From Sphacelaria rigidula (taxonomy: Eukaryota): a stretch of DNA of 45,281 nt. This document shows, in pieces, positions 24,392 through 37,543 of this stretch. The stretch lies in assembly GCA_964200075.2 (NCBI GenBank), contig CAXNAA020000005.1:1-45281 (forward strand), given 5' to 3'. The notes under the pieces were generated by a model, which was not told the DNA's origin, did no database searches, and saw nothing but the letters and a program-made list of their open reading frames with translations. Each line of letters begins with the position of its first letter. Positions within the stretch are counted from its first letter, which is position 1. A program made the translations under genes and the position numbers.

Positions 24392-24691
24392 ATGTTAGCG
24401 AAAAAAATAAAAGATTTAAAATTTAGAGAGCAATTTAAAAAATATGAAACTTTAAATACTTCGTTGAAATTTGTTTCTACTTATTATTTTAATAAAAATA
24501 ATACTTCAAATAAAACTACCGAATTTGTTAATTTAAAGCAAAAAAATTTTTCGAAAACTAAAATAGTAAGAAGATGTATTTTAACTAATCGCTCAAGAGG
24601 TTCAATCCGACCTTTTAACGTTTCACGTTCTAAATTAAGAGAACTTTTTCAATTTGGAATTGTTCCGGGATACAAAAAATCAGTGTGATAA
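24392..24691 (+). CDS. rps14: Ribosomal protein S14
   Basis: RRCILTNRSRG, VPGYKKSVW; ends TGA-TAA. Confidence 0.95.
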
Positions 24692-24731
24692 AATAAAAAT
24701 ACTGATATATATATAAACAAAAATAAAAAAT

Positions 24732-25115
24732 ATGATACAAATGGGAACATATTTAAACGTAATTGATAATTCTGGAGCAAAAGATATTTGTTGTATTAAA
24801 GTATCGAAAGGTTATAGAAGAAGATACGCAGTTATTGGAGATGTAATAACTGCTTCAATTAAAAACATACGAAAAAATAAAAAATTAACTACTAAAGTAC
24901 AAAAAGGAGATGTTGTTAAAGCATTAGTAGTTAGAACACGTTCTTCAAATGTTTCAAAATTAAATGAGCATTTAATCTTTAATGAAAATGGAGCTGTTTT
25001 AATTACCAAACAAAATAAACTTATTGGAACTAGAGTTTTTGGTGTTATACCAAAAAAATTAAAATATACCAAATTCTTAAGAATTACTTCTTTAAGTTCT
25101 GGAGTTGTGAAATAA
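24732..25115 (+). CDS. rpl14: Ribosomal protein L14
   Basis: MIQMGTYLNVIDNSGAK, GTRVFG. Confidence 0.97.
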   Translation: MIQMGTYLNVIDNSGAKDICCIKVSKGYRRRYAVIGDVITASIKNIRKNKKLTTKVQKGDVVKALVVRTRSSNVSKLNEHLIFNENGAVLITKQNKLIGTRVFGVIPKKLKYTKFLRITSLSSGVVK

Positions 25116-25130
25116 ATATTATTAAAAATT

Positions 25131-25511
25131 ATGGTAACAAAAAACCAATTAGTAGGAACTTATCCTCGTCAAAAAAAAATTAAAAAAGCAAAAACACCAG
25201 CTTTAGCTAATCAACCTTTTGTTAAAGGTGTTTGTGTAAGGGTATTTACAAGAAGCCCCAAAAAACCCAATTCAGCAGTAAGAAAAGTCGCTAAAGTAAA
25301 ATTATCAACAAAAAAAACTGTAGAATCGTATATTCCCGGAGAAGGACATAATTTAAGACAATTCTCAGTTGTTTTAATAAGAGGGGGAAGAATACCAGAT
25401 TTACCAGGAGTTAAATATAAATGTGTACGTGGAAAATATGATTTTTTAGGTTTAGCTACTAGAAAAACTGCCAGATCACGTTATGGAACTAAAAAAAATT
25501 TTAAAATGTAA
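25131..25511 (+). CDS. rps12: Ribosomal protein S12
   Basis: [26 protein letters not shown]. Confidence 0.99.
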   Translation: MVTKNQLVGTYPRQKKIKKAKTPALANQPFVKGVCVRVFTRSPKKPNSAVRKVAKVKLSTKKTVESYIPGEGHNLRQFSVVLIRGGRIPDLPGVKYKCVRGKYDFLGLATRKTARSRYGTKKNFKM

Positions 25512-25543
25512 AAAATTTTAAAGTTTAAGCTATAAAAATTCTT

Positions 25544-25616
25544 GAGGAAATAGCTCAATTGGTAGAGTATTGGCCTGTCACGCTAATGGTTGCGGGTTCG
25601 AACCCCGTTTTTCTCG
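25544..25616 (+). tRNA. trnD: tRNA-Asp(GUC)
   Basis: Loop CTGTCAC. Confidence 0.95.
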
Positions 25617-25718
25617 TTAATCAAAAATTAATTATTTATATAAAAATATAAATAAAAAAAATCTATTTTAGTACGTTGTTGTTTTTATATAAACATAAAT
25701 AAAAAAAAATTAAATTAT

Positions 25719-27200
<1,482 letters not shown>

Positions 27201-27246
27201 ATTATATTATTAAATATATTTATACCTTTTTAAAATGAATAAAAAA

Positions 27247-27310
27247 AATAGGTTTTATACATAGCATTAATCTTTATTTTATGTGTCCAGGTTCGATTCC
27301 TGGTTTTATT
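27247..27310 (+). ncRNA. tRNA-like t-element after cox1
   Basis: Perfect T-arm CCAGG-TTCGATT-CCTGG (27287-27303) with no D or anticodon arm. Confidence 0.55.
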
Positions 27311-27389
27311 CCTAATTGATATCTTTCCCGTATTTTATTCTTTTTGCTTTATATTTGAATAAAATTTTGTTGTTCTTTTGTTTACTATT

Positions 27390-27568
27390 TTTAAGCAATT
27401 AATCGCACACTTTTTTAAAATTGCATTTTTTACTATTTTTTATACTTTTTTTAATCTTTTTAAAAAAACCACAGTAGATTGCCGCTTTTTAAAAATAGAA
27501 AAAGGCGATTAATTGCTGCTTTAAGACTATGTGAAATTCATCAAGGGGGGTACCTTGGTGAACGAAAA
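27390..27568 (-). repeat. Dispersed element copy 3 (inverted copy of 710-890)
   Basis: TTCATCAAGG-GGGGTA-CCTTGGTGAA at 27537-27562; 27408-27450 is the reverse complement of ~829-871. Confidence 0.85.
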
Positions 27569-27903
27569 TAATCAAAATAATAGTATATTATATTATTAAC
27601 ATATATATAAATTGATATAATATAATTAGTTTCTTAACAGCATATTAAATATATTCGAATTAAGTGTATATATTAATTACGTTATTAACTATAATAGATA
27701 TATTTAATAATATTAGGATTCTATACACGACCTTTTTGTAACGAACTTATCTTTAGACGAATTTATTACATATGTATTATTTTGCTAATCTTTGCTGGAG
27801 CAATAGTGTTATAAATAATTATTGATAGTATCTAATATATATATCTTTAAGACTAATACTAAAAAGATATAAACTTATTTAAAAGGATTATAATATTAAT
27901 AGA

Positions 27904-28056
27904 GATTAATTGTAAAAATATATTATAATTCAAATTTTAATCATTTTATACAAAATTTAATATTTTAATAAAAGTCAACGATACATCCTGTGTTTTTAAA
28001 ATAAAAAACAGCAATCTATCGTCTATGTTTTTTTTATAAGGGGGTTACCTTGATGT
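27904..28056 (-). repeat. Dispersed element copy 4, left flank of ORF197
   Basis: 37-bp repeat 27904-27940, GCAATCTA at 28011, AAGG-GGGTTA-CCTT at 28038-28051. Confidence 0.75.
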
Positions 28057-28136
28057 GTAAACAAAAGAAAGAAGTAAAAGTTAAAAACACCAATAAAACG
28101 CTTTAAAACGAACAAATAAATTATTTATTTAAAATT

Positions 28137-28730
28137 ATGAAAATTATGTTTATCAACTTAATAATAAAAATAAAGATTACAAGAAACTTCCACACATCTG
28201 CTATACGTAATGCAGAAGATAAAACACAGGAAGAGACATATATGGAAAAGAAAAATCAAGAAATATATGAAAAGCTTCTTGATGAATTGGAACAAATGTC
28301 TTTATTTATCGAAGATAATGAATCTCTTAAAAAAAAAGTAAGCAACGACATTTCTCATAGCTTAAAAGGTGTAAGTATACAATTTGATGAGATGGAGCAA
28401 ATCATGCATTCAAATCTTTCACTTGAAGAAAAGCAAGATAGGCTCGAAAACTTAGAAACTTTACACTTTACTAAGGTGAATCGTGTTTCTCATGCTACTC
28501 CGAAACAATTTAAGACCTTATATGAGAATATAGAAAAATACTTTTACTTAAATTATAATGAGGAAAAAAAAACAACTAAAGAACAAAAAGATTTTCTTAT
28601 TATACTAAATCGTTATATATGTGTTATGAAAGAATTAAATTTAGATTTTTTTTCTTGTTTTATAATTACTTTATATCAAGCAATTTCAACTGCTTATATT
28701 GCTATTTATCGAGATCAATTTAGCGATTAA
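28137..28730 (+). CDS. Orphan ORF197, acidic/helical
   Basis: ATG-to-TAA frame, Glu/Lys-rich, no recognisable family. Confidence 0.7.
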   Translation: MKIMFINLIIKIKITRNFHTSAIRNAEDKTQEETYMEKKNQEIYEKLLDELEQMSLFIEDNESLKKKVSNDISHSLKGVSIQFDEMEQIMHSNLSLEEKQDRLENLETLHFTKVNRVSHATPKQFKTLYENIEKYFYLNYNEEKKTTKEQKDFLIILNRYICVMKELNLDFFSCFIITLYQAISTAYIAIYRDQFSD

Positions 28731-28884
28731 TTGCGAAAATATATTATAATTCAAATTTTAACTTTTTTACTCATTTTTTAATGTTTATAGAAAAAGGGGC
28801 AATCTACCCTTGTTTTATAAATAGTAAAACCCGCAATAAATGCTCATTTTTAATCTATTAAAATAAGAGTAAGGTAGGTACCTT
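28725..28884 (-). repeat. Dispersed element copy 5, right flank of ORF197
   Basis: 37-bp repeat 28725-28761, GCAATCTA 28799, GCAATAAA 28833, AAGG-TAGGTA-CCTT 28871-28884. Confidence 0.75.
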
Positions 28885-29099
28885 TGTAAAAAATTCTAAC
28901 TAAAATAAGAGGAGAAAAGAATCAACGTAAACTAAACAAAAAGGTAAAGAATAAAGAAAAGTATGTATAATATAATAAATATATTACTAGTATGGATCGT
29001 TTATTAATATAGTTCTTTTTGCTCAAAAATACCAACCATAGTATATAAAAGGATAAGAATACTAATAATATATTTTCTATTAATTTTACTAAAAGACTA

Positions 29100-29237
29100 A
29101 ATTTTATTTTTTACTATTTTTATATATTTTTTAACATTTAAACAAAAACCCGCGTATATACGCTATTTTTTAACATATTGAAACAGCGATAGATTGGGGC
29201 TTTTTGTTATTTTTATTTTTATCAAGGGGGTTACCTT
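29100..29237 (-). repeat. Dispersed element copy 6
   Basis: TAGATTGG at 29190, AAGG-GGGTTA-CCTT at 29224-29237; A/T tract resembles 27425-27460. Confidence 0.7.
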
Positions 29238-29278
29238 TTGTAATATTAAAGTGTTGTGTATTTATATATTTTTAAGTA

Positions 29279-29364
29279 AAGAGCCAATAGGATTCGAACC
29301 TACGGTACATATATTGTACTTCAAATTAGCAATCTGATACATTAAACCACTCTGTCATGACTCT
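29279..29364 (-). tRNA. trnS: tRNA-Ser(GCU)
   Basis: Loop TTGCTAA, long variable arm. Confidence 0.93.
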
Positions 29365-29389
29365 ATGTTAAAAAAGAAAGAAAAGAAAA

Positions 29390-29910
29390 GAAAAATTTTA
29401 TTCCAGCCACACGTTCCCGTACGACTACCTTGTTACGACTTCATCCCAGTCATAAGCTCTATAATAAGTAATAAACCCGAATCCAATATTAACTGTATTT
29501 ACTTTTAAAAAGATAAAAACAAATACTGTAAAAGAGTATACTAATTTCAAACAAAACTCACTTCCGGCATGTGACGGGCGGTGTGTGCAAAGTCTAGGTA
29601 CATTTTCACCGTAACGTGCTGATTTACGATTACTTGTGATTCCACCTTTATATAGACGAATTGCAGTCTATAATCCGAACACGAAAGATTTTAAAGATTT
29701 ACTCCAAATTGCTTTATTGTATAACTTTTTGTATTCATTCATTGTAGCACGTGTGTGGCCCAGTCCATAAGGGCCATAAGGGCTTGACGTGATTCTCATC
29801 TTCCTCTAGTATAAAAACACCAGCGGTCGTGTATAAGTGGATCTATTAATCTATAAGGTTAAAGATTACCAAAATACCCGAAGAGTTTCGCCCGTAAATG
29901 GAGTTAACCA

Positions 29911-29945
<35 letters not shown>

Positions 29946-30686
29946 ACACCTGTGCAATAATAGTATAAAAATAGCTTAATTTTCGTACTAACAATATAAT
30001 AACTATATTGATTTTATTTCATTCAAGGACTGGTAAGATTTCGCGCGTATTATCGCATTAAACCACATGCTCCACCACTTGTGTAGACCCCCGTCAATTC
30101 CTTTGAGTTCCAATCTTGCGACCGTACTCCCCAGGCGGAATGTTTAACGCGTTAGCTGTATACCGGAATAACCCAATATTAACATTCATCTTTGACAGCA
30201 TGGACTACCAGAATATCTAACCCTGTTTGCTACCCAAGCTTTCGTTCCTCAACGTCAGTTCTAACCCAGATAGTCGCCTTCGCCGCTGACATTCCTTTAT
30301 AGATCTATAGATTTTACTCTTCCCTATAAAATTCTACTATCCTCAATTATACTCAAGTATCAAAGTCATAAATGCAGAATTAAGAGATTATCCTAATATT
30401 TTACATTTATCAATAGATACCGCCTACAAACCCTTTACGCCCAATCATTTCGGATAACGCTTACTCCTTTCGTATTACCGCGGCTGCTGGCACGAAATTA
30501 GCCGGAGCTTCTTCTCTAATTAATGTCATTATCTTCATTAGCGAAATAACTTTACAGCCAATTTGCAATCGAATAAATCGAAATACAAATCTTTTTTGCT
30601 TTCCTCATTCACGCAATATTACTGGATCAGGCTTTCGCCCATTGTCCAAGATTCCACACTGCTGGCTTATAAAAGCCTGGACCTTA

Positions 30687-30723
<37 letters not shown>

Positions 30724-31010
30724 ACTAAAGATCTTGGGCTTGGTTAGCCATTACCTAACCAACTACCTAATCTTTCATAAAACCATTTTAAAGCGGTAAT
30801 TAACCTTTTGTTATCTAATATTTTCAATTTTAAATTGTTAAATAGTTATTTAAAAAACAACTAAATATTAACTTAAAACCAATTATCTCAGTCTTTAAAG
30901 CAAAGTCTTATGTATTACTCACCCGTGCGCCATGTCTATTAAACATTCGACTAGCATGTGTCAAGTATATTGCCAGCGTTCATCCGGAGCCAGGATCAAA
31001 CTCGCTTTAT
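29390..31010 (-). rRNA. rns: Small subunit rRNA
   Basis: GAGTTTGATCCTGGCTC, GTGCCAGCAGCCGCGGTAATAC, AAGTCGTAACAAGGTAG on the minus strand; ends approximate. Confidence 0.98.
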
Positions 31011-31083
31011 AACACAATTTTAATAATAAAATTTGATTATATTTTTATATATTTTTAATTTATAATATTTTTATTTTTTTTAA

Positions 31084-31156
31084 TGGCTCCAGTTGGATTC
31101 GCACCAACGACCCCTGGATTATGAGCCCAGTGAGATAACTGCTTCTCTACAGAACC
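31084..31156 (-). tRNA. trnM: tRNA-Met(CAU), likely initiator
   Basis: CTGGG-CTCATAA-TCCAG anticodon arm; atypical T-loop TGCGAAT. Confidence 0.85.
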
Positions 31157-31485
31157 AATCGGAAATAAAAAATTAAATCGAGTCAAAATACCTAAAATAA
31201 TTTTTAATTTCTTTTTTGATCATTGATATATTTGTTATAATTTTGATCATTTATATTATAACATCATTTTATTCTTTATATAATTACATTTGTAATCATT
31301 TTTTTGTTTTCCCTCAGATAACCTTGGGTTTTTAACAAACAAAAATAGTTTTAAATATTAATTTATTCTTTTTAGAAAATTTATATTTTATTCTTATATG
31401 TAATTTTTTCTTTATATAATTAAATTTGTAATAAAAAATCCAAATTAGCAGGATTAATCTTTGTTTTTAATATAAAAAAGGAAAA

Positions 31486-33516
31486 TTATTTAAAAGAATG
31501 ATTTAAACTTACAAAATAGTCAGAACTATCTTTCATAATGGCAGAATTTTTCATTGCTTTACCATAAGAATAAGTATTAGTTACAGTATATTTTGTTGGA
31601 TATTTTGATATAAAATTAATAGAATTAAAAAAATTAATATTTTTAGAATTTAAGAATCCAAAATTTTTATTTAAACTATCAAATAATCAAGGATTTTTTA
31701 CAATTTCATGTATAAAATCTAAATGATTAATTTTATTGCTTTTTATATTATGAATTTCTGAATTTTCAAAAGTTGATAATAAAATTTTTTGTAAACTTCT
31801 AGCATCAAAAAATTTAGTAAAAGTTTTGTTTGTTTTTTGTGGACGTTGTTCTAAATTTAGATAAACGTTTTCCTCTTCATATTCTGATAATATCGGAACA
31901 AGTGCTTTAATATCAGTTTTAAATTTAGATCAATGAGAATTAAATCAAAATACATTTTTATTAAGATTAAAAAATGATTTTCTTACATCTAATCTATCAT
32001 CAAGATTTAAACAAATAAGATTTTTTGAACTATCATATTTTCTTTTTTGAATAGATTTAACATTTAATAAAGATAAAGCTTCAGTATTAGCTGTTTCATT
32101 AATTTTAATAACTTTTACTGAATCAAAATATTCTTTTAAATAACCAGTAATAGATGATAAATGTAATCCTCTTTTTCTGACAGATTCACTCATTAATACT
32201 AAAGGCGATTCTGCATTTATAAAATTTTTAGCATGATCAAAATATTTACCTTCAAAAATTCTTAATGATTTAGTTAAATTTAAATTAATACATTTTGTTG
32301 CAATATTTGATAAATGATGTAAATCCATACTATAAAAAGATAATAAACTATTTTGTGAACGAACTCTTAAACGTACGTTTATAATTGAACATTCTACTTT
32401 TGGATTTAAAGAAAAAATTAATCCCATACTATCACAAGAATCAATAGAACTAATTTTATCAGTCGAACCTCAGTTATAAAGGTTATTATTTTGTATATTA
32501 CTATTTAAAGAATTAACATTTACATCTTTATTTAATCTTTCTAATTTTTTTAAAAGATTAATATTATCTAATCCAATATTTTCATTAATATTAAAGCTTA
32601 CATTTTTTTGTACTTCAACATTATCTAATTTTTTAAATAAATTTGTTCAACTAAATGATTTATGTTTTTCAACTGAATCTTTAAAATTAAATAAATGTTT
32701 TAATCTATTATTAAATCTAGAATCATAAGAGAAACGAGCTTTATCTGCTATATAGTGTCCATTAATATTTTCATTACTTTTTGGTAAAACTCTAAAGATT
32801 TCATTTTCTTTAAAGTGTACATATACATTAGAACCAGTACTATCTGAAATGTCAATAGTTTCATTTACGCGTAGTTCTCATGGTCTTGCTCTATAAGCAA
32901 AAGGTTTTGATGTTAAAGCACCTACTGGACATAAATCAATTACATTTCCAGAGATTTCTGAATCAAAGAAACTTGCTGAATAACCACCTATTTCTGTAGC
33001 TGATCCACGATTGAAAGTACCTAAAAATTCTACTCCAGCAATTTCTGAAGCAAATCTTACACATCTAGTACAATGAATACATCTGGTCATAATAGTTTGT
33101 ATTAAAGGACCACAATCTTTATCTTCAACACCACGTTTTTTTGAAAAAAATTTAGAATAATTACTTCCAAACATTTTAGTTTGATCTTGTAAATCACATT
33201 CTCCTGCTTGATCACAAATAGGACAATCTAAAGGATGGTTTAATAATAAAGCTTCTACAACCCCTTCTCTTGCTCTTTTAGCAAAAGGGCTATCGGTATA
33301 AACAACCATGTTCTCTGAAATTTCAGTTAAACAAGATGCTATCGGTTTTTCCATACCTTCAACTTCTACTAAACACATTCTACAATTTCCCGCTATAGAT
33401 AAAGTTTCATGATAACAAAATCTTGGAATTAATACTCCAAGACTTTTACAAGCATCTAGTATTGATATACCTGACTTAATTTCGAAATGTTGTCCATTAA
33501 CTACGATATTTAGCAT
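31486..33516 (-). CDS. nad11: NADH dehydrogenase subunit 11 (full-length, unsplit, 676 aa)
   Basis: IPRFCYH...[38 protein letters not shown]; fragments in one frame with TGA=Trp. Confidence 0.96.
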
Positions 33517-33580
33517 ATATAAAATCTAACATATTTTTTTTGTATTTAAACAAAATTTTTTATTTTTACTAGGATTTAAA

Positions 33581-33613
33581 TTAATTTTAAGGGCTTCGAA
33601 CCCTTAAAATTAA
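33581..33613 (-). ncRNA. 13-bp hairpin with T-loop (tRNA minihelix-like) between ORF240 and nad11
   Basis: TTAATTTTAAGGG-TTCGAAG-CCCTTAAAATTAA on the minus strand. Confidence 0.55.
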
Positions 33614-33698
33614 ATACCTGACATATTAAAAGATATTTAATTTGTATAACTTTATAAATAAAATTATACAACGACTTATAAAAGAAATAGAATGTATT

Positions 33699-34421
33699 TT
33701 ACATTCCACCTCATCCAGTTTTACCAACAACAACACAGAAAGTTTGTGCTGCATTAAAACATAGTGCAAAGAGATCTGCTGTAGAACTATCTGATATTAT
33801 ACCTACATTAATACTATTTTGTATAAACTCAACAGGCTTAGAAATACATAAATCACTACTACATATAAACCAACCAGAACCACTAATATCAACATTTGCA
33901 AACAATGCGTTTAAGCGATCTTCACCTAATGTAATGTGTGCATCTGCGGGTATACTACGTGTTAAAGCATCAAATTGCTCAAGAAATTTTTGTGTACTAA
34001 AAGGAGTAGGAATATCTTTAACAACAGCAATATTTTCAACAATAGGAAGACTACCATTACCAGGCATATTTTCACAAATGAGCCCATTTGAATTACCTCC
34101 TTGTCCATATCAAACATTGTTTCAAAATTTTTCTATTCCACCATTTTGTGCAATAATTCCTCCTACGCATACAATACCTAAACCTACACAAACAAAAGCT
34201 CCAACACGGTAAAAGGTTTCTGGATCATTATATACAGCGGCTGAACAATCATAAACATAATTACAATTATCAGCATACCATCCATATCAAGTTCTCGATG
34301 TTTGAATTTTAGTGGGATCTATTGAAGATATTAAAGTAGTAATAACAGGTAAAACACTCTTTAAATTAGTTTTAAATTTATTTGTTAAGTTGGGTACCCC
34401 TAAGTACTGGGTCTTTACCAT
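33699..34421 (-). CDS. Orphan ORF240, predicted membrane protein
   Basis: 723-nt frame with TGA=Trp; paralogous to 8026-9015; the ATG overlaps the cob 3' end by 44 nt. Confidence 0.8.
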
Positions 34422-35640
34422 AATTTAATAAAGAATTTTCCACAATTCCTATAAAAGGAATTAAAACAAGTAAATATAAGAAATAGAATATAGTTGCTAC
34501 CATACCTACTTCTACAAAAGGAGTTTCAACAGGTTTTTGTCCAATTCATCCTAAAATTAAGAAATCAGATACTAAAAATCAGAAAGAAAAAGCGTAAATA
34601 GGTCTAAATTCACCACTTCTAAATTTTGAAGTATTAATAAAAGGTAATAAAATTAAGATTAAAATAGCACTTATCATTGCGATAACTCCTCCTAACTTAT
34701 CAGGAATAGATCTTAAAATTGCATAAAATGGTAAAAAATATCATTCCGGCACAATATGAGCTGGAGTAACCATTGGATTTGCTGGGATATAATTATCAGG
34801 ATGTCCTAAAGTGTTTGGATAATAAACAACAATAGTAGAAAACGCTAATAATAAAACGAAGAAAGCGAATAAATCTTTTACATAGAAATAAGGATAAAAA
34901 GAAATAGTTTGTACATTAGTATTAGCACCTAAAGGGTTATTTGAACCATCTTTATGTAATAAACTTAAATGTATAATAACTAAACCAGCAATAACAAAAG
35001 GCATAAAGTAATGTAAACTAAAAAAACGATTTAAAGTTGCATTACCTACTGAAAAACCACCTCATAATCATTCAACGATAGAGTTACCAACTAAAGGAAT
35101 TGCAGAGAATAAATTGGTAATAACGGTTGCTCCTCAAAAACTCATTTGTCCTCAAGGAAGAACATATCCCATGAAAGCGGTAGCCATCATAATAAGAAAA
35201 ATGATAACACCACTGATTCATAATTTTTCTCTTGGATACATATAAGAACCATAATATAATCCTCTAAAGATATGACAATAAACAACAATAAAGAACATAG
35301 AAGCTCCATTTGCATGCATATATCTAATTAATCAACCATTATTTACATCACGCATAATATGTTCTACACTATTAAAAGCATAATCAATGTGCGGTGTATA
35401 ATGCATTGCTAATAAAATTCCACTGATAATTTGAATTACTAAACATAATCCAGCAGCAGAACCGAAACTTCATAAATAATTTAAATTAATAGGGGTAGGA
35501 TAATCAATAATATGAGAGCTAATAAAAGCTAAAATAGAATCTTTAACTCATCTAATACTAGAAATAATAAAATTCGATTGTATCATCGAATTGATAATCA
35601 AATTTTTCTCAACGAAAGTATTTTTGTTTGATAACAACAT
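34378..35640 (-). CDS. cob: Apocytochrome b
   Basis: [35 protein letters not shown]; start uncertain (~29 extra codons before RWVKD). Confidence 0.98.
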
Positions 35641-35738
35641 AATTATAATTTGTTTGTTTTTTAAGAACGCATCACTAAAAAGGATGGTAATATAAAAGTA
35701 GGGTAATAAAAAGAAATATAATTAAAACAGAATATTAA

Positions 35739-35969
35739 TTATAAAAAAAATGAAACTGCTTTATTATAAATAAATTTAGTTTTATTAGCAGTAGTTGATG
35801 AAGTTTTTGAGGTTACTCTTAAGCGATAAGATCTTAATTTAGATCTCATTTTCATAGCTTGAGATAAATTATTCACTAATAGTTTTAAATAAACTAAATA
35901 AAACGCACAGCTAAATAATGATAATCAAAAAATTTGTACGAAAAATGAAAAAAAATCGAATTGTGGCAT
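35739..35969 (-). CDS. atp8: ATP synthase subunit 8
   Basis: MPQFDFFSFFVQIFW start. Confidence 0.93.
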
Positions 35970-36017
35970 AAATTTTTAATTTTATCTATAATGTTTATAA
36001 AGGGTCTTTGTTTTCTT

Positions 36018-36335
36018 TTATCCTTTTAATACTGATGCTTGATCAATAAAGATTTTTCCTCTTATACGATAGTATAAAATTAATATTGCTAAACCAATTG
36101 CAGATTCTGCAGCAGCTATAGTTAATATAAATAAAGAAAAAATTTGACCATAAAAGTCATCTAAATATACGGAGAAAGTAACAAAGTTTAAGTTTACACT
36201 TAATAGTATCAATTCTATACACATTAAAATCAAAAGGATACTTTTTCTATTAAATAAAATCCCAAATATTCCTATTAAAAACAATAGGGTATTTGTTAAA
36301 AATTGAATATTATAAATACTTAAAAAATCTAACAT
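36018..36335 (-). CDS. nad4L: NADH dehydrogenase subunit 4L
   Basis: LMCIELILL, IAAAESAIGLA. Confidence 0.97.
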   Translation of the reverse strand: MLDFLSIYNIQFLTNTLLFLIGIFGILFNRKSILLILMCIELILLSVNLNFVTFSVYLDDFYGQIFSLFILTIAAAESAIGLAILILYYRIRGKIFIDQASVLKG

Positions 36336-36484
36336 AATTTTCTACTGTTTTTTATTTTCTATTTATAGCATAAAAAATGCTTTAAGAATAAATAAATAGA
36401 AATAAGATAATATTTATATTAATTCATAAAAGAATAATATAAATAAATTTTATTTTTAGTAAGAATAAACCTACTAATATTAAA

Positions 36485-36557
36485 TAGTGAAAACAGGACT
36501 CGAACCTGAAACCTACGGATTATGATTCCGCTACTCTACCAATTGAGCTATTTCACC
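36485..36557 (-). tRNA. trnM: tRNA-Met(CAU), likely elongator
   Basis: GCGGA-ATCATAA-TCCGT anticodon arm. Confidence 0.9.
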
Positions 36558-36639
36558 AAAAACGAAGAAAAGAGAACTTTTCCTAATTTTAAAAAATATA
36601 AAAGAAAGAATATAGATAATAAAAATAAAATAATTATAT

Positions 36640-37496
36640 GATTAGAAATAATAAGCTTAGAATCTTACGACTCGTACACGATCATTCTAGATTGTAGTAG
36701 TCTTCTACAATATTAAAAAACTGTTTTTAAAGTAAGTTTCTCACTTAGATGCATTCAGTGATTATCTTTTACAAACATAGCTACTCGACGATGCTTTTGA
36801 TAAAACAATCGATTCACCATTGGTTTACTAAATTCGATCCTCTCGTACTAGAATTTAAGCTTTTCAATTTTTAACATTTACAGCAGATAGGGACCAAACT
36901 GTCTCACGACGTTCTGAACCCAGCTCATGTACCACTTTAGTCGGCGAACAGCCGAACCCTTGGAACCTACTTCAGCTCCAGGATGTGATAAGCAGACATC
37001 GAGGTGCCAAACGGTCTCGTCGATGTGAGCTCTCAGAAACCATAAGCCTGTTATCCCCGGCGTACCTTTTATTCGTTGAGCGATGATTTTTCCACTCAAA
37101 ATCACCGGATCACTATGACCGACAAAAATTAATTCATCCCTGTTCGATATGTATATCTTACAGTCAAGCAAATATAAGCCATTACGCTCTTTAATAAATA
37201 TTTATTTGAATTTGCCTTATGTACACCTCCGTTACTCTTTGGGAGGTGACCGCCCCAGTCAAACTACCTCTCACAAGCTGTCTTTTTTTAAAAAAATTAA
37301 GTAAAATCGAAAAGGAAGGATGGTATTTCACTGACGCTTACGCTCCCATCTATACTACACAAAACTTTCAACTTTACAACTTTAGATCATAGTAAAGGTG
37401 CACGGGGTCTTCCCGTCTAACTGCAAAGAGCCCGCATCTTCACGGGCATTTCAAATTCACCAAGGATATGTTGGAGACAGTGGAGAAATCATTACA

Positions 37497-37543
<47 letters not shown>

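Noticed and set aside
34388-34404. GGGTACCCC as an eighth dispersed-element core
   Set aside because: Lacks AAGG/CCTT arms and boxes and lies in doubly coding sequence.
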